This document shows, one piece after another, positions 20,426 to 31,015 of a stretch of DNA of 64,000 bases (position 1 is its first letter; the number at the start of each line of letters is the position of its first letter). Source of the DNA: an uncultured delta proteobacterium (GTDB lineage: Bacteria; Desulfobacterota; Syntrophia; Syntrophales; UBA2185); contig CAVSPA010000004.1 of NCBI GenBank assembly GCA_963729715.1, forward strand, positions 320,001 to 384,000. Reading direction: 5' to 3'. The position numbers were made by a program, and so were the translations under genes. The notes beneath the pieces are model-generated. The model did no database searches. It saw nothing but the letters and a program-made list of their open reading frames with translations, and was not told the origin of the DNA.

Positions 20426-22381
20426 ATGGACTTTGCTGAAAAATATGATGTGCTTTATGAGGAATGGAACAAATATATACGAGGAGTGCCGGTAAGCGAG
20501 TTTATAATATCCTCTACTATACTGGATTCATGGGACAGATGCAGGGAAAAAAATGTCAACCCTCATCTGACGAGGGTTCCCGTGGTTCTTGATGATGATG
20601 AACTGGCAGAGATCTTGAAAAAAAATGAAGAGCTTATAGACATAAGTCTTCCGTTCATGAAGAACCTCTATGGTCTTGTCGTAGGGTCGGGCTTCTTAGT
20701 TGCCCTCTTTGATGCTGATGGATACATGTTGAAGCTCGTAGGGGATAATGATGTGATGGAGAGGGTGAAACGGGGAAATTTCATTGTGGGCAGTTGCTGG
20801 TCTGAAGAAGTCGCAGGGACCAATGGCGCAGGAACAGTGATAAAATTGGGAAAGCCTTTTCAAGTCTATGCCAGTGAACATTATTGCGTCAACTCCCATA
20901 AATGGACATGTTCTGGAGCCCCGGTTCATGATCTAAGCGGCAAATTGATCGGCGTCATTGATATGACAGGGCCATATCAAAAAGCCAATCCACATACGTT
21001 GGGGATGGTTGCAGCCGCGGCGCATGCGATAGAGAACGAAATACGGCTGCGAAAAGCATTGACCGAATACAGGATTGCGCACAGCTTTCAAAAGACGGTT
21101 ATCTCCTCTATTCCCGAAATTATAATGACTGTCGATAATGACGGATGTATTTCGATGATGAACAAGAACGCAAGAAAAGCTTTTGGAGAGGATGCGGACA
21201 GATTTCTCGGAAAAAATACGGCCGAAGTCTGGAGCAAATATAATAAGAACCTGCTCAATCTGATAAACAACAATAACACTCTCACCGATATGGAGGTGAG
21301 AATCGCCTGCAAGAGCGTCCATGGTGATTATACTTTATCCTGCTACCCCATAATGTCCATGGACGATATCATCGGCAAGGTTATCATTCTTGATGAGATC
21401 AAGAGGGCTCGCACGCTGGCAACAAGAATGATGGGAGCGAAGGCGAAATTTCGCTTTGAGGAGATCATCGGTCAGAATGCGAACTTTGTGGAGACAGTCA
21501 GGCAGGCCAAAATAGCATCCCAGATCAAGTCCAACGTTCTGCTCCTGGGAGAAAGCGGCACGGGGAAAGATGTTTTCGCGCAGGCCATTCACAACAGCAG
21601 CGGGCGCAGCGACGGGCCGTACGTCGCCATTAACTGTACAACAATTCCTCGGGACCTGATAACGAGTGAACTTTTTGGCTACTCCGAGGGGGCATTTACA
21701 GGATCAAGGAAAGGCGGCAGTCCGGGTAAGTTTGAGCTTGCAGACAGTGGCACAATCTTTTTGGACGAGGTAGGGGAAACCCCCCTGGAGCTGCAGACCG
21801 CACTCCTGCGGGTCATAGAAGACAAATCGATAATCAGGATCGGTGGGACCAGGGTAACAACGATAGACGTAAGGATCATAGCGGCAACCAATAAGAATCT
21901 GAAGGAAGAAGTTCGAAAGGGCAAATTCCGAGAGGATCTATATTATCGATCAAACGTATTTACTATTCGTCTCATACCGCTTAGGGAACGAAAGGACGAT
22001 ATTCCCCTCTTAGTCGATTGCTTTGTCGGCAATATTGGCAAGACGATGGGCAAGAAAATCGAGAAAATTGAACAAGAAGTTTTCGAGAGATTCATGAATT
22101 ACAACTGGCCGGGAAATGTGAGAGAATTGCAGAACGTCCTCGAAAGAATGATCAATATCGCACATACGAACATACTTACTGCTGACCTCCTGCCGTCAGA
22201 AATTACGGATTTGAGAGCAAGTGACGACATTACTAAAATTGAGCCGGTAAACAAGATAGAGCGTGAATTGATAATGAAGATGATCAAATCGAATATGCCC
22301 AAGAGAGAGATCGCAAAGAAATTGGGGATAGCCAGAAGTACATTATATCGGAAATTGAATGAAATCCCTGCAGCAGAATAA
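20426..22381 (+). CDS. Sigma54-dependent activator, GAF-PAS-AAA+-Fis HTH (AcoR-like)
   Basis: SW.RC GAF region, GESGTGKD, GAFTG, FLDEV, WPGNVREL, LGIARSTLYRKL. Confidence 0.95.
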   Translation: MDFAEKYDVLYEEWNKYIRGVPVSEFIISSTILDSWDRCREKNVNPHLTRVPVVLDDDELAEILKKNEELIDISLPFMKNLYGLVVGSGFLVALFDADGYMLKLVGDNDVMERVKRGNFIVGSCWSEEVAGTNGAGTVIKLGKPFQVYASEHYCVNSHKWTCSGAPVHDLSGKLIGVIDMTGPYQKANPHTLGMVAAAAHAIENEIRLRKALTEYRIAHSFQKTVISSIPEIIMTVDNDGCISMMNKNARKAFGEDADRFLGKNTAEVWSKYNKNLLNLINNNNTLTDMEVRIACKSVHGDYTLSCYPIMSMDDIIGKVIILDEIKRARTLATRMMGAKAKFRFEEIIGQNANFVETVRQAKIASQIKSNVLLLGESGTGKDVFAQAIHNSSGRSDGPYVAINCTTIPRDLITSELFGYSEGAFTGSRKGGSPGKFELADSGTIFLDEVGETPLELQTALLRVIEDKSIIRIGGTRVTTIDVRIIAATNKNLKEEVRKGKFREDLYYRSNVFTIRLIPLRERKDDIPLLVDCFVGNIGKTMGKKIEKIEQEVFERFMNYNWPGNVRELQNVLERMINIAHTNILTADLLPSEITDLRASDDITKIEPVNKIERELIMKMIKSNMPKREIAKKLGIARSTLYRKLNEIPAAE

Positions 22382-22497
22382 ATAATTAAAGAGACAAGAT
22401 TCCGCAATTTAGTATTTATTCCGGGCACGGATTCAGGAAACTACCCTTTTTGGAGTTCGAAGAAGGCAAGGTCTATTTTATCTCATTTCGACAAGAC

Positions 22498-22531
22498 TTA
22501 GCGGAAAAGCGCTCCTGTCCCTTTTCGCTAA
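22498..22531. terminator. Hairpin between convergent genes
   Basis: TTAGCGGAAAAG...CTTTTCGCTAA. Confidence 0.4.
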
Positions 22532-22614
22532 AGGGATAGTTCATGCTATACATGCGAGGAGTTTGATTGCACTCAATAATTACTTAATCTGAGTCCAGAC
22601 AACCATCCCTTGCT

Positions 22615-24138
22615 TCATTTTATTCCCGAGTATGTTTTTTTTACTTCCTCGCGGTTGATTTCGCCGCTTGCCGTCTTCGGCAGGTTCTCGACAAAAAGGA
22701 CGTGCTTCGGCTTCTTATAGCGGGCAATTTTAGAAGCCACGAATTCGATCAATTCCGCCGCATCTACCTCGTTTCCCTTTTTGAGGACACAGATAGCCTG
22801 GACGGCTTCGCCCCACTCGGAGTCGGGAACACCAATGACTACGACCTCCTCAACAGAGCCATGACTAAGAAGCACTTTTTCCACTTCCGCCGGATAGACA
22901 TTTTCACCACCCGGTTTGATGAGCTCCTTTTCCGGATTTCGCCCGCCATAATAAAGATAGCCTTCCTCATCCATCCTACCCCGGTCGCCCGTGTGATGCC
23001 AGCGGTTGCGAAAGGTGTAGGCTGTATCTGCTTCCAGATTCCAATAGCCGAGGAACACAGAAGGTGAACGGACACATATCTCACCCTGCCCTCCCAGGGG
23101 AACTTCCCGATCCAGATCGTCAAGGATTGCCACGCGCGTCATGATTGCCGGCACCCCTATGCTCCGCTCTTTTTCCGCAATATCGCAGCCTGAGACCGGC
23201 ATCGCCTCGGTTTGACCGTAGAGACTGTAAAAGGCGGCCTGAGGATTATTCTTTAAAAATCGTTGAATCGTCTCCGGGCTGTCCATCCCCGTGACCACCC
23301 TTAAGCTCGATGTATCAACGGGCTGTTTATCCTCGGCATCCAGAATAGCTGCCAGCATCGGCGGAAATGCACCGAAAAATGTGCCGTGTTCCTTGTCAGT
23401 CAATTTCAGAACAAGCAGGGGATCGAAACGGTCCATTATCACATTCTTTCCTCCCTGATGCATCATTGCTATGGAAAAGGAAAATCCGCCGATATGGAAG
23501 AGGGGCAATGTGCCTATGTGGCAGTCACTGCTCATAAGTTTAAACATGTGGGCCATCTGAAGGCCTACAGCCAGCATATTCGCCTGGCTCAATACGCAGC
23601 CCCGTGGCTTTCCGCCCACCGCGGCGGTGTGAATGATCATGTATGCGTGGCTACCCGAGACCACTCCTGACTCTGTTACTTTCCCGTTGAGCAGAAGTGT
23701 ACCAAACGGGATGAAATCACCCTCTTTCTTATCTGCCTTAAAGACGTAGTGCTTCCGGATAGAGCCCACTGACAGCGAGGCTTCACGGGCCAGATCCGTA
23801 TATTCCCTGCTGATGAAGATATATTTCGGTCCCGAATCCTTGAGGATGTATTCGACCTCTCCCTGGCCCAGCCTGTAATTCACAGGAACCACAACGGCGC
23901 CAATTTTGGCTGCGGCGCCGCAGAGTGTCAGAAAGTCGTCATTGTTGCTCGATAAGACGGCAATCCGGTCACCAAAGTCAATGCCCTCCTTCATGAGGCC
24001 GGCTGCACATTGATCGCACAGGTTTTGATAGGCACTGAAAGATATCCGGTTATGACCGTACACGATCGCGCTTTTTTCCGGATATAAAACGGCATTGCGG
24101 GCAATCATATCGTAAATCGTGAAATCGCAGCAATACAT
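22615..24138 (-). CDS. AMP-binding acyl-CoA ligase
   Basis: HTAAVGGKPRG (atypical A3), YGQTE, HTGD, GGENVYPAEVE, PKTASG. Confidence 0.9.
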   Translation of the reverse strand: MYCCDFTIYDMIARNAVLYPEKSAIVYGHNRISFSAYQNLCDQCAAGLMKEGIDFGDRIAVLSSNNDDFLTLCGAAAKIGAVVVPVNYRLGQGEVEYILKDSGPKYIFISREYTDLAREASLSVGSIRKHYVFKADKKEGDFIPFGTLLLNGKVTESGVVSGSHAYMIIHTAAVGGKPRGCVLSQANMLAVGLQMAHMFKLMSSDCHIGTLPLFHIGGFSFSIAMMHQGGKNVIMDRFDPLLVLKLTDKEHGTFFGAFPPMLAAILDAEDKQPVDTSSLRVVTGMDSPETIQRFLKNNPQAAFYSLYGQTEAMPVSGCDIAEKERSIGVPAIMTRVAILDDLDREVPLGGQGEICVRSPSVFLGYWNLEADTAYTFRNRWHHTGDRGRMDEEGYLYYGGRNPEKELIKPGGENVYPAEVEKVLLSHGSVEEVVVIGVPDSEWGEAVQAICVLKKGNEVDAAELIEFVASKIARYKKPKHVLFVENLPKTASGEINREEVKKTYSGIK

Positions 24139-24186
24139 GGTTCCACCTCGCAAGGATCAATGTTGAAAAAATGTGGCCTTCCTTTC

Positions 24187-24981
24187 TTACAGCCAGCGTT
24201 TGCGTCGCTTATAATGCTTGATATCGCGATAGCTCTTCCTCTTACCGATCGTCGACATTCCCAGGTAAAATTCTTTGATATCTTCATTTTCACTAAGCTG
24301 CTCCGCTGTCCCATCAAGGACGACACGTCCATTTTCAATCACATACCCGTAACTGGCCACGGATAATGCAGCCCTTGCATTCTGCTCCACCAATAGCACC
24401 GAGGTCTTCTGGACTTCATTGATCTTTTTTATGATCTCAAAAATCGTATTGACCAAAATGGGCGCCAGCCCCAGGGAGGGCTCATCTAGCAATATCAGTT
24501 TCGGATGCGCCATCAGGGCGCGGCCGATACCGAGCATCTGTCGTTCTCCTCCCGAAATATATCCGCTGGTTGCCTTGCGCAGCATTTTCAGCTTCGGGAA
24601 ATAGCCATAAACCACATCCAAATCCTGTTTCATTATCTTGCGGGATGGAATTACGGCCGCCCCGGCCATCAAATTCTCTTCAACAGTCAGGTGTTCCAGA
24701 GAGCGGCCACTTTCCATCACCTGAATGATTCCTTTGCGGGCGATGTTTTCCGGATTCATTCTATGAATCAGCTCCCCGTTAAATTCAATCTCACCGTCTG
24801 TTACTTCGCCTTCCTCCGTCTTCAGCAAACCGGAGATCGCTTTCAGAGTGGTGGTCTTGCCTGCACCGTTGCCGCCAAGCATCGCTATAATCGATCCGTC
24901 GGGAACTTCCAGGCTGATTCCTTTTAGTACCAGAATAACTCTCGAATACCTGACCTCTATATTATTCAGCTTTAGCATCAC
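24187..24981 (-). CDS. HAAT-type ABC transporter ATP-binding subunit (LivF-like)
   Basis: GGNGAGKTT, ISGGERQM, LLDEPSLGLAP. Confidence 0.95.
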   Translation of the reverse strand: MMLKLNNIEVRYSRVILVLKGISLEVPDGSIIAMLGGNGAGKTTTLKAISGLLKTEEGEVTDGEIEFNGELIHRMNPENIARKGIIQVMESGRSLEHLTVEENLMAGAAVIPSRKIMKQDLDVVYGYFPKLKMLRKATSGYISGGERQMLGIGRALMAHPKLILLDEPSLGLAPILVNTIFEIIKKINEVQKTSVLLVEQNARAALSVASYGYVIENGRVVLDGTAEQLSENEDIKEFYLGMSTIGKRKSYRDIKHYKRRKRWL

Positions 24982-25210
24982 TCTTCTCTTTTCATGTACT
25001 ATATTGGCACCATGTCTCCGTGATATTCGCTATACAGCATGAGTCGCCGCGCCACGGGATCCTTGGGCCCTAAGCCACCCCTCGAGATACTATATGCTCT
25101 CGCGGGGATAGCCACTACTTGTACCCCTTTATAACTCTCGCCTGCCCGATCGCTGCACCCAGCCAAACATTCATCCTATCAAGGAAAAAGCCGGCTTGTG
25201 CAGTTGCGTG

Positions 25211-27139
25211 CTACACTTTCAACCCTGCCCGGAATCCGCTTTCAACGGCTTCAGCAATTCTGCAAACCTTATCGCAGTCTCCTACAGCCTCGACGGATAC
25301 GCCTGCCTTCCCTTCAATTTCCCTGAGCAGTTTGTTGTATGATTCATAGCCTACGGCAATGACCACAGTGTCTGCCTCGAAGGTTTCGGCAGCTCCGCCG
25401 CAGACGCTCTTTACACCTTTGGCAGTTATCTCCGAGACCCTTGCGTTTGTCTCTATTCTTATCTTGAACTCATTAAGACGTTTGCGGACGACCCACCTTA
25501 AGGTAGGGCCAACGTCTATGGCTACCTTGGGCAGCATCTCAAGAATGGCTATGTCGGTCTTGCCCTTTTCCTCGTGAAGGAAGTCGGCCACCTCGCAGCC
25601 CACCATCCCGCCGCCCACGATGACGATCTTCTTACCGACGGATTTCTTGCCGGTCAGGACGTCTGCAGCGAACACAACATTCTTGCCGGTGACGCCGGGA
25701 ATGTCAGGGATGATGGGAGTCGCGCCCACCGCCACGATCACTGCATCGGGATGTTCCTTCTCTATGATGGCGTTGTCAACTTCGGTATTGAGTCTTACCT
25801 TAATGCCTTCCTTCTTCATCTGCTTGATCAGGTAATCACGGAAATATACGATGCCGTCTTTCACTGAGGGAGCGCCGGCCGCACTGAGGGCGCCGCCGAG
25901 CTTGTCAGATTTTTCAAACAATGTTACTTCGTGCCCTCTCAGTCCGGCGACCCTTGCGGCTTCCATGCCTCCGGGCCCGCCACCTACTACAAAAACCTTT
26001 TTGGGCTTCTTGGCCGGCACGATATTAAGCTCAAGCTCCCTCCCCGCCCGGGCATTTACCTGGCAGTATATCGGCTCCGTTCTCGACCACGCGTCAAAAC
26101 ACAGGCAGCATGAAGTACAGGGAACTATATCGTCGAATCTGCCTTCTGTTGCTTTGTTCACCAAATCCGCATCGGCAATCAGCGGCCTGGCTAAATAGAT
26201 CATGTCGGCCCTGCCGTCACCGATTATCTTATCAGCCATTATCGGATCAACAATTCTGGTGCCCACGATGACCGGAATATTGATACCCTTTTTTATACGC
26301 TCTCCCATGAATATCCAGTTCGCCTTCGGCACGAAATACTGAATGAAAGGTTGGCCTGAATCATGCCAGCCCGTTGTAACATTTATCACCTGAACTCCCT
26401 GCTTTTCCAGCCACTGCGCTATCTTCACGGAATCCTCTAAGGTGTTCCCGCCGGGCATGAAATCCTGACCTCCCATCCTCCAGGATATGATCGCGTCTTT
26501 CCCCGCCTTCTTCTTCATCGACTGAATAATCTCGGCATGGAGACGCAGCCTCTTCTCGAAACTCCCGCCGTATTTGTCAGTACGCCTGTTGGTGAGCGGT
26601 GAAGCAAACTGCGCTATCGGATAACCGGCAGAACCAAGGATATGGATCAAATCGAATCCCCCTTCTATGGCCCTCCGCGCCGCTTCGCCAAACTGCTCCA
26701 CGATCTCCTCAACCTCAGCGGTTGTAAGGGGACGCGGTCTTTGCTTTCCTGCCCTCGTCGCAACATCAGAAGGACCGATATATTCAAACGGCCCGCCGCG
26801 CTTCTTGGCATAATTCTCCTCAAACGCGAGCTCTACGCCCACCTTCGCGCCATAGGCATGACATGCATCCGTAAGTTTACGGATCCCAGGAATGAACTTG
26901 TCATCATACATTCCGATCCCGAGGGGGTTGTGGGGATAGTTCACGGTAAAGTACCCTATATTTATTAAACCTACGCCTCCCTTTGCACGCTCCTCATAAA
27001 ACTTAATCATGCGGTCGGTAACATAATCGTCAATACCGAAATTGTCCGTGACAGGGGCAAATTCCACCCGGTTCTTGAGCTCCATCCTTCCTATCTTGAT
27101 AGGACTGAGAAGATGTTTTAACTTTGGCATATATGACAT
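25211..27139 (-). CDS. OYE-family FMN/FAD/[4Fe-4S] oxidoreductase (2,4-dienoyl-CoA reductase-like)
   Basis: LKNR, NRRTDKYGGS, CTSCCLC...C cluster, GGGPGG and GGGMVG dinucleotide motifs. Confidence 0.9.
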   Translation of the reverse strand: MSYMPKLKHLLSPIKIGRMELKNRVEFAPVTDNFGIDDYVTDRMIKFYEERAKGGVGLINIGYFTVNYPHNPLGIGMYDDKFIPGIRKLTDACHAYGAKVGVELAFEENYAKKRGGPFEYIGPSDVATRAGKQRPRPLTTAEVEEIVEQFGEAARRAIEGGFDLIHILGSAGYPIAQFASPLTNRRTDKYGGSFEKRLRLHAEIIQSMKKKAGKDAIISWRMGGQDFMPGGNTLEDSVKIAQWLEKQGVQVINVTTGWHDSGQPFIQYFVPKANWIFMGERIKKGINIPVIVGTRIVDPIMADKIIGDGRADMIYLARPLIADADLVNKATEGRFDDIVPCTSCCLCFDAWSRTEPIYCQVNARAGRELELNIVPAKKPKKVFVVGGGPGGMEAARVAGLRGHEVTLFEKSDKLGGALSAAGAPSVKDGIVYFRDYLIKQMKKEGIKVRLNTEVDNAIIEKEHPDAVIVAVGATPIIPDIPGVTGKNVVFAADVLTGKKSVGKKIVIVGGGMVGCEVADFLHEEKGKTDIAILEMLPKVAIDVGPTLRWVVRKRLNEFKIRIETNARVSEITAKGVKSVCGGAAETFEADTVVIAVGYESYNKLLREIEGKAGVSVEAVGDCDKVCRIAEAVESGFRAGLKV

Positions 27140-27193
27140 TGACCTCCTAAGTTTTCTTGTTTATGCTCGTTCACAACCGTGGCTTGAAATATC

Positions 27194-27216
27194 CTGGGGG
27201 GCACATTGCCCCCCAG
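27194..27216. other. GC-rich hairpin between MaoC gene and OYE
   Basis: CTGGGGGGCA-CAT-TGCCCCCCAG perfect 10-bp stem. Confidence 0.5.
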
Positions 27217-27235
27217 TAACAGCGACAAATATCTT

Positions 27236-27835
27236 TCAGTCATTAAGTGCCCTGATACCTTTCAGGAACTTTCTAATTTCATCTCTGGTCCGGGGCAAAA
27301 TCAACGCCAAAATCCACGTAGCCTTCAACACATTCTTCTCATTGTAGTAATCAATGGCATATTTAAGATAATATTTTCCCCTCTTCTCGTAACGGTCATA
27401 GGGCCGAAGCTTTATGTGAATGGTCTCTCCGACTTTGAAATTTTCATATATCTCGATTTGCTGTCCGGGATTGCGCGCCCCCGGAGTTCGTATCCAGTTG
27501 CCTCTGCCCTTCACCCCTATGCACCAGAATCCCAGAGTCGTTACGAATATCGGATGAGGCACGAGCCCGCCATAGGGCGATTTCTTCGCAAATTCCTCGT
27601 CCGTCATATAGGGATTGTCATCCAGACAACCCTCAGCATAAAATTTCAAATCCTCGGCCTTTATCGTAAACGTGTTTTCTCCATCCGCCTCTTTCAGATT
27701 AGCAAAGTCAACCTCGTCCCACACCTCGTAACTTTCGGCATCGATATAGAAGTCCGTATCAAACTGATGGTGCTTCTCCGTGGTAAAGTATTTTGCCAAA
27801 TTTTTATGATACGGTGGTAAAGTTTTTTGAGCCAT
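27236..27835 (-). CDS. MaoC/hotdog-fold dehydratase-like protein
   Basis: DDNPYMTDEEFAKKSPYGGLVPHP hotdog signature. Confidence 0.8.
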   Translation of the reverse strand: MAQKTLPPYHKNLAKYFTTEKHHQFDTDFYIDAESYEVWDEVDFANLKEADGENTFTIKAEDLKFYAEGCLDDNPYMTDEEFAKKSPYGGLVPHPIFVTTLGFWCIGVKGRGNWIRTPGARNPGQQIEIYENFKVGETIHIKLRPYDRYEKRGKYYLKYAIDYYNEKNVLKATWILALILPRTRDEIRKFLKGIRALND

Positions 27836-27887
27836 ATCTATTTCTCCTCACTTATGAAATGTTATGATGTACATCAATCATATTTGA

Positions 27888-28325
27888 TCAATCCGGAAAT
27901 ACAACTTCTACCTGGCACAATGCCACAAGCTCTTTCTTCTGATTTTCCGCCTTTAGATCAACCACGACAAAATTCTTCCCCTTCTCAATGTGATGCTTCT
28001 CCGAGATTACCCCGGTACATGTTATCGTCCACTCCTGTTCAACCGGCTTTGTAAATTTCGCCGTGATCTTTGAAACTCGCAGCATGGCCGGAACGGCCCA
28101 ATTGGTGACTACGGATGTCATAAACGACATCGTCATCATTCCATGGCCAACCGTCTTGGGAATCTTGAAAGGCATGGCTGTCTTTACCCACTCCGGATCA
28201 TTGTGAACCGGATTGTAATCAAAAGAAGCAACAGAATTCTTCCAGAAGGTTTCCTGATTGACCTTGTGAACTACAGGGGCCAGAGTTGTCCCTGTTTTCA
28301 CAGATGCAAAACTGATCTTTTCCAT
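27888..28325 (-). CDS. MaoC-family (R)-hydratase/dehydratase
   Basis: DYNPVHND and GHGM hydratase-2 motifs. Confidence 0.9.
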   Translation of the reverse strand: MEKISFASVKTGTTLAPVVHKVNQETFWKNSVASFDYNPVHNDPEWVKTAMPFKIPKTVGHGMMTMSFMTSVVTNWAVPAMLRVSKITAKFTKPVEQEWTITCTGVISEKHHIEKGKNFVVVDLKAENQKKELVALCQVEVVFPD

Positions 28326-28424
28326 ACTTTCTCCCTCTTCATTTTATTTTTGCAATTGCGTCCTATTAATCTCCATATCACGAGATCAGACTTCGCCCGT
28401 TATCTCTCCGAACGGCGACCTCGG

Positions 28425-29636
28425 CTATTTGCCCTCTTTCGCCTTAAGTTTCAGATTATGCGGGGCCTCCATCCAGCCCGTCACATTTGATATACTTCCA
28501 TCGTTGTTGAATTTACATATCTTCAACCATTTCGATCCGCGGGCATCGTCCGGATAGAAAGACATTTCTTTATAGATCCCCATCGCCGTGAAATTTCTGA
28601 TCTGCATATATCCATCGTATATTGCCTGGCCATCGAGCTTTTCATATCCTACTTTATTAATGGCATTTTTAACGGCTTCCACCCAAGCCATAACTCCACC
28701 AAGAGAAAAGATATATGTCGAGTTGGGAATGGGACCGCGGTGTTTATATAACTTATATGCAAATTTCACCCCCGGGACGTCCTTTTCCCACCAGGAAGCA
28801 CTGCACTGTAGACCCATGTAACCAGCATAGGCCTCAAGGGGCACCGTCGCTTTGATCAAATCGGAGTTGAAGATGAAATTGGCCTGAGGGATCTTTATTC
28901 CCAGCCTGTAGCGGTCTCTTAGAACAACCTTTATCTGATCAGGCATCATTGTATCGTAAACGAAGTCCGGCTTCTTGTCCCTCATGCGAACCAACAGGTC
29001 GCTCGTGTCCGTCGGCAGCATGGGAACGTATTCGACAGAAACAATGTCAATGCCTATTTTTTCACAGTACCATTTGGCCTGCTCAGGCGACCGTCCTGAT
29101 GCATAATCCCCAAGGAGTAACGCCAGGCGCGGCTTACGCTTTTCTTTCCAATTTGCCTTGATCCAGTTTGCATAAGTTGCCAATGTGTCGTCGTAAGGAG
29201 GCATACAAGCCATTACCCATCCCGGCGGATAGAGTGCAGGCCCATGACCGGTATACATTGACACTGGTATCTTGTCCTTTATGAACTGTGCTTTCAAAGC
29301 TTCGATCCCGCCAGACAATGCATCAAACGATATGGTCGTGTACTTCCTGTCTTTGTTTCTCGCATACGCGGTTCTAATGAGCGGCAGTTGATATTTCGTA
29401 TCAATGACTTCTATGGTGAGCGGATGGCCGCTTATTCCTCCATTCTTGTTGAGCCAATTAATATAATCCTCAGCAGCCCATCCTTCAGGTGCAACCTGCG
29501 AGTGAACCGGTCCTGTTAGGTCCGTAAGCATCACAAAGTGGATAGGCCCCTTTTCAGCAGCCAGCACGTTGCCGCACCAAAAGACCAGTGCCAGAAGCGA
29601 TAATGCAACAACACCTGCCAATTTCTTTGCCTTCAT
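28425..29636 (-). CDS. ABC transporter substrate-binding protein (HAAT type), copy 2
   Basis: Signal peptide, DLTGP, NKNGGI; paralog of 29778-30989. Confidence 0.9.
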   Translation of the reverse strand: MKAKKLAGVVALSLLALVFWCGNVLAAEKGPIHFVMLTDLTGPVHSQVAPEGWAAEDYINWLNKNGGISGHPLTIEVIDTKYQLPLIRTAYARNKDRKYTTISFDALSGGIEALKAQFIKDKIPVSMYTGHGPALYPPGWVMACMPPYDDTLATYANWIKANWKEKRKPRLALLLGDYASGRSPEQAKWYCEKIGIDIVSVEYVPMLPTDTSDLLVRMRDKKPDFVYDTMMPDQIKVVLRDRYRLGIKIPQANFIFNSDLIKATVPLEAYAGYMGLQCSASWWEKDVPGVKFAYKLYKHRGPIPNSTYIFSLGGVMAWVEAVKNAINKVGYEKLDGQAIYDGYMQIRNFTAMGIYKEMSFYPDDARGSKWLKICKFNNDGSISNVTGWMEAPHNLKLKAKEGK

Positions 29637-29777
29637 AAGATGCCTCCTTTTTTTCCCATACTTTCAGTCATTAAGTGTCCTTTCTCCTTCTTCGTTGTAT
29701 TTTTACAAATGCGTCCTATTAATCTCCATATCACGAGATCAGGCTTCGCCCATTATCTCTCCGAACGGCGACCTCGA

Positions 29778-30989
29778 CTACTTGCCCTCCTTGGCCTTAA
29801 GTTTCAGATTATGCGGGGCCTCCATCCAGCCTGTCACATTTGATATACTTCCATCTTTGTTGAATTTACATATCTTCAACCATTTCGATCCACGCAAATC
29901 GTCCGGATAGTAAGCTACTTCCTTTAAGAGTCCCATGGCCGTAAAATTCTTGATCTGCAAATACCCATCGCGTATTGCCGGTCCGTCAAGGTTGTCATAT
30001 CCCACTTTGTTGAGGGCATTCTTCACGGCTTCCACCCAGACCATAACTCCACTCATGCCCCAGACATACATATAGTTGGGAATTGGTCCCCGGTGCTGGT
30101 ACAATTTGTACGCGAGTTTGACCCCCGGGACATCCTTTTCCCACCAGGAAGCAGAACACTGAAACCCCATATAACCGGCATAGGCCTCAAGGGGCACCGT
30201 CGCTTTGATCAAATCGGAGTTGAAGACAAAATTGACTTGAGGGATCTTTATTCCGAGCTTATGGCGGTCTTTCAAAACTACCTTCACCTGATCCGGCATT
30301 AGCGTATCGAAAACAAAGTCAGGCTTCTTGTCCCTCATGCGAGCCAACAGGTCGCTTGTGTCGGTCGGCAGCACAGGAACATATTCGACAGAAACGATTT
30401 CCACGCCTATTTTTTCACAGTACCATTTGGCCTGCTCGGGTGCCCGTCCCGATGCATAATCCCCAAGGAGTAACGCCAGGCGCGGCTTACGCTTTTCTTT
30501 CCAATTTGCCTTGATCCAGTTTGCATAAGTGCACAGGGTGTCGTCATACGGCGGCAGAGTGGCAAAGACCCATGAAGACGGATAAAGCGCCGGTCCATGG
30601 CCGGTATTCATCGCCACGGGAATCTTATCTATCGCAAACTGACCTTTCATCGCTTCAATGCCGCCGGAAAAACAGTCAAACGACATGGTCATTGCCTTTC
30701 TCCCCTTATTTCTTGCATATGCGGTTCTTGCGAGAGGCAGTTGGTATTTCGTATCAATGATTTCTATGGTGAGCGGATGGCCGTTTATTCCTCCATTCTT
30801 GTTGAGCCACTTGATGTAGTCTTCAGCAGCCCATCCGTTCGGAGCGACCTGTGCGTGAGCAGGTCCTGTTAGATCAGTAAGCATTACAAAGTGTATAGGC
30901 CCCTTTTCAGCAGCCAGCACGTTGCCGCAGCAAAAGGCCATTGCCAGAAGCCATAATGCAATAACACCTGCCAATTTCTTTGCCTTCAT
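29778..30989 (-). CDS. ABC transporter substrate-binding protein (HAAT type), copy 1
   Basis: Same motifs; identical C-terminus VTGWMEAPHNLKLKAKEGK. Confidence 0.9.
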   Translation of the reverse strand: MKAKKLAGVIALWLLAMAFCCGNVLAAEKGPIHFVMLTDLTGPAHAQVAPNGWAAEDYIKWLNKNGGINGHPLTIEIIDTKYQLPLARTAYARNKGRKAMTMSFDCFSGGIEAMKGQFAIDKIPVAMNTGHGPALYPSSWVFATLPPYDDTLCTYANWIKANWKEKRKPRLALLLGDYASGRAPEQAKWYCEKIGVEIVSVEYVPVLPTDTSDLLARMRDKKPDFVFDTLMPDQVKVVLKDRHKLGIKIPQVNFVFNSDLIKATVPLEAYAGYMGFQCSASWWEKDVPGVKLAYKLYQHRGPIPNYMYVWGMSGVMVWVEAVKNALNKVGYDNLDGPAIRDGYLQIKNFTAMGLLKEVAYYPDDLRGSKWLKICKFNKDGSISNVTGWMEAPHNLKLKAKEGK

Positions 30990-31015
30990 AAGATGCCTCC
31001 TTTAATTTTCTTGCT

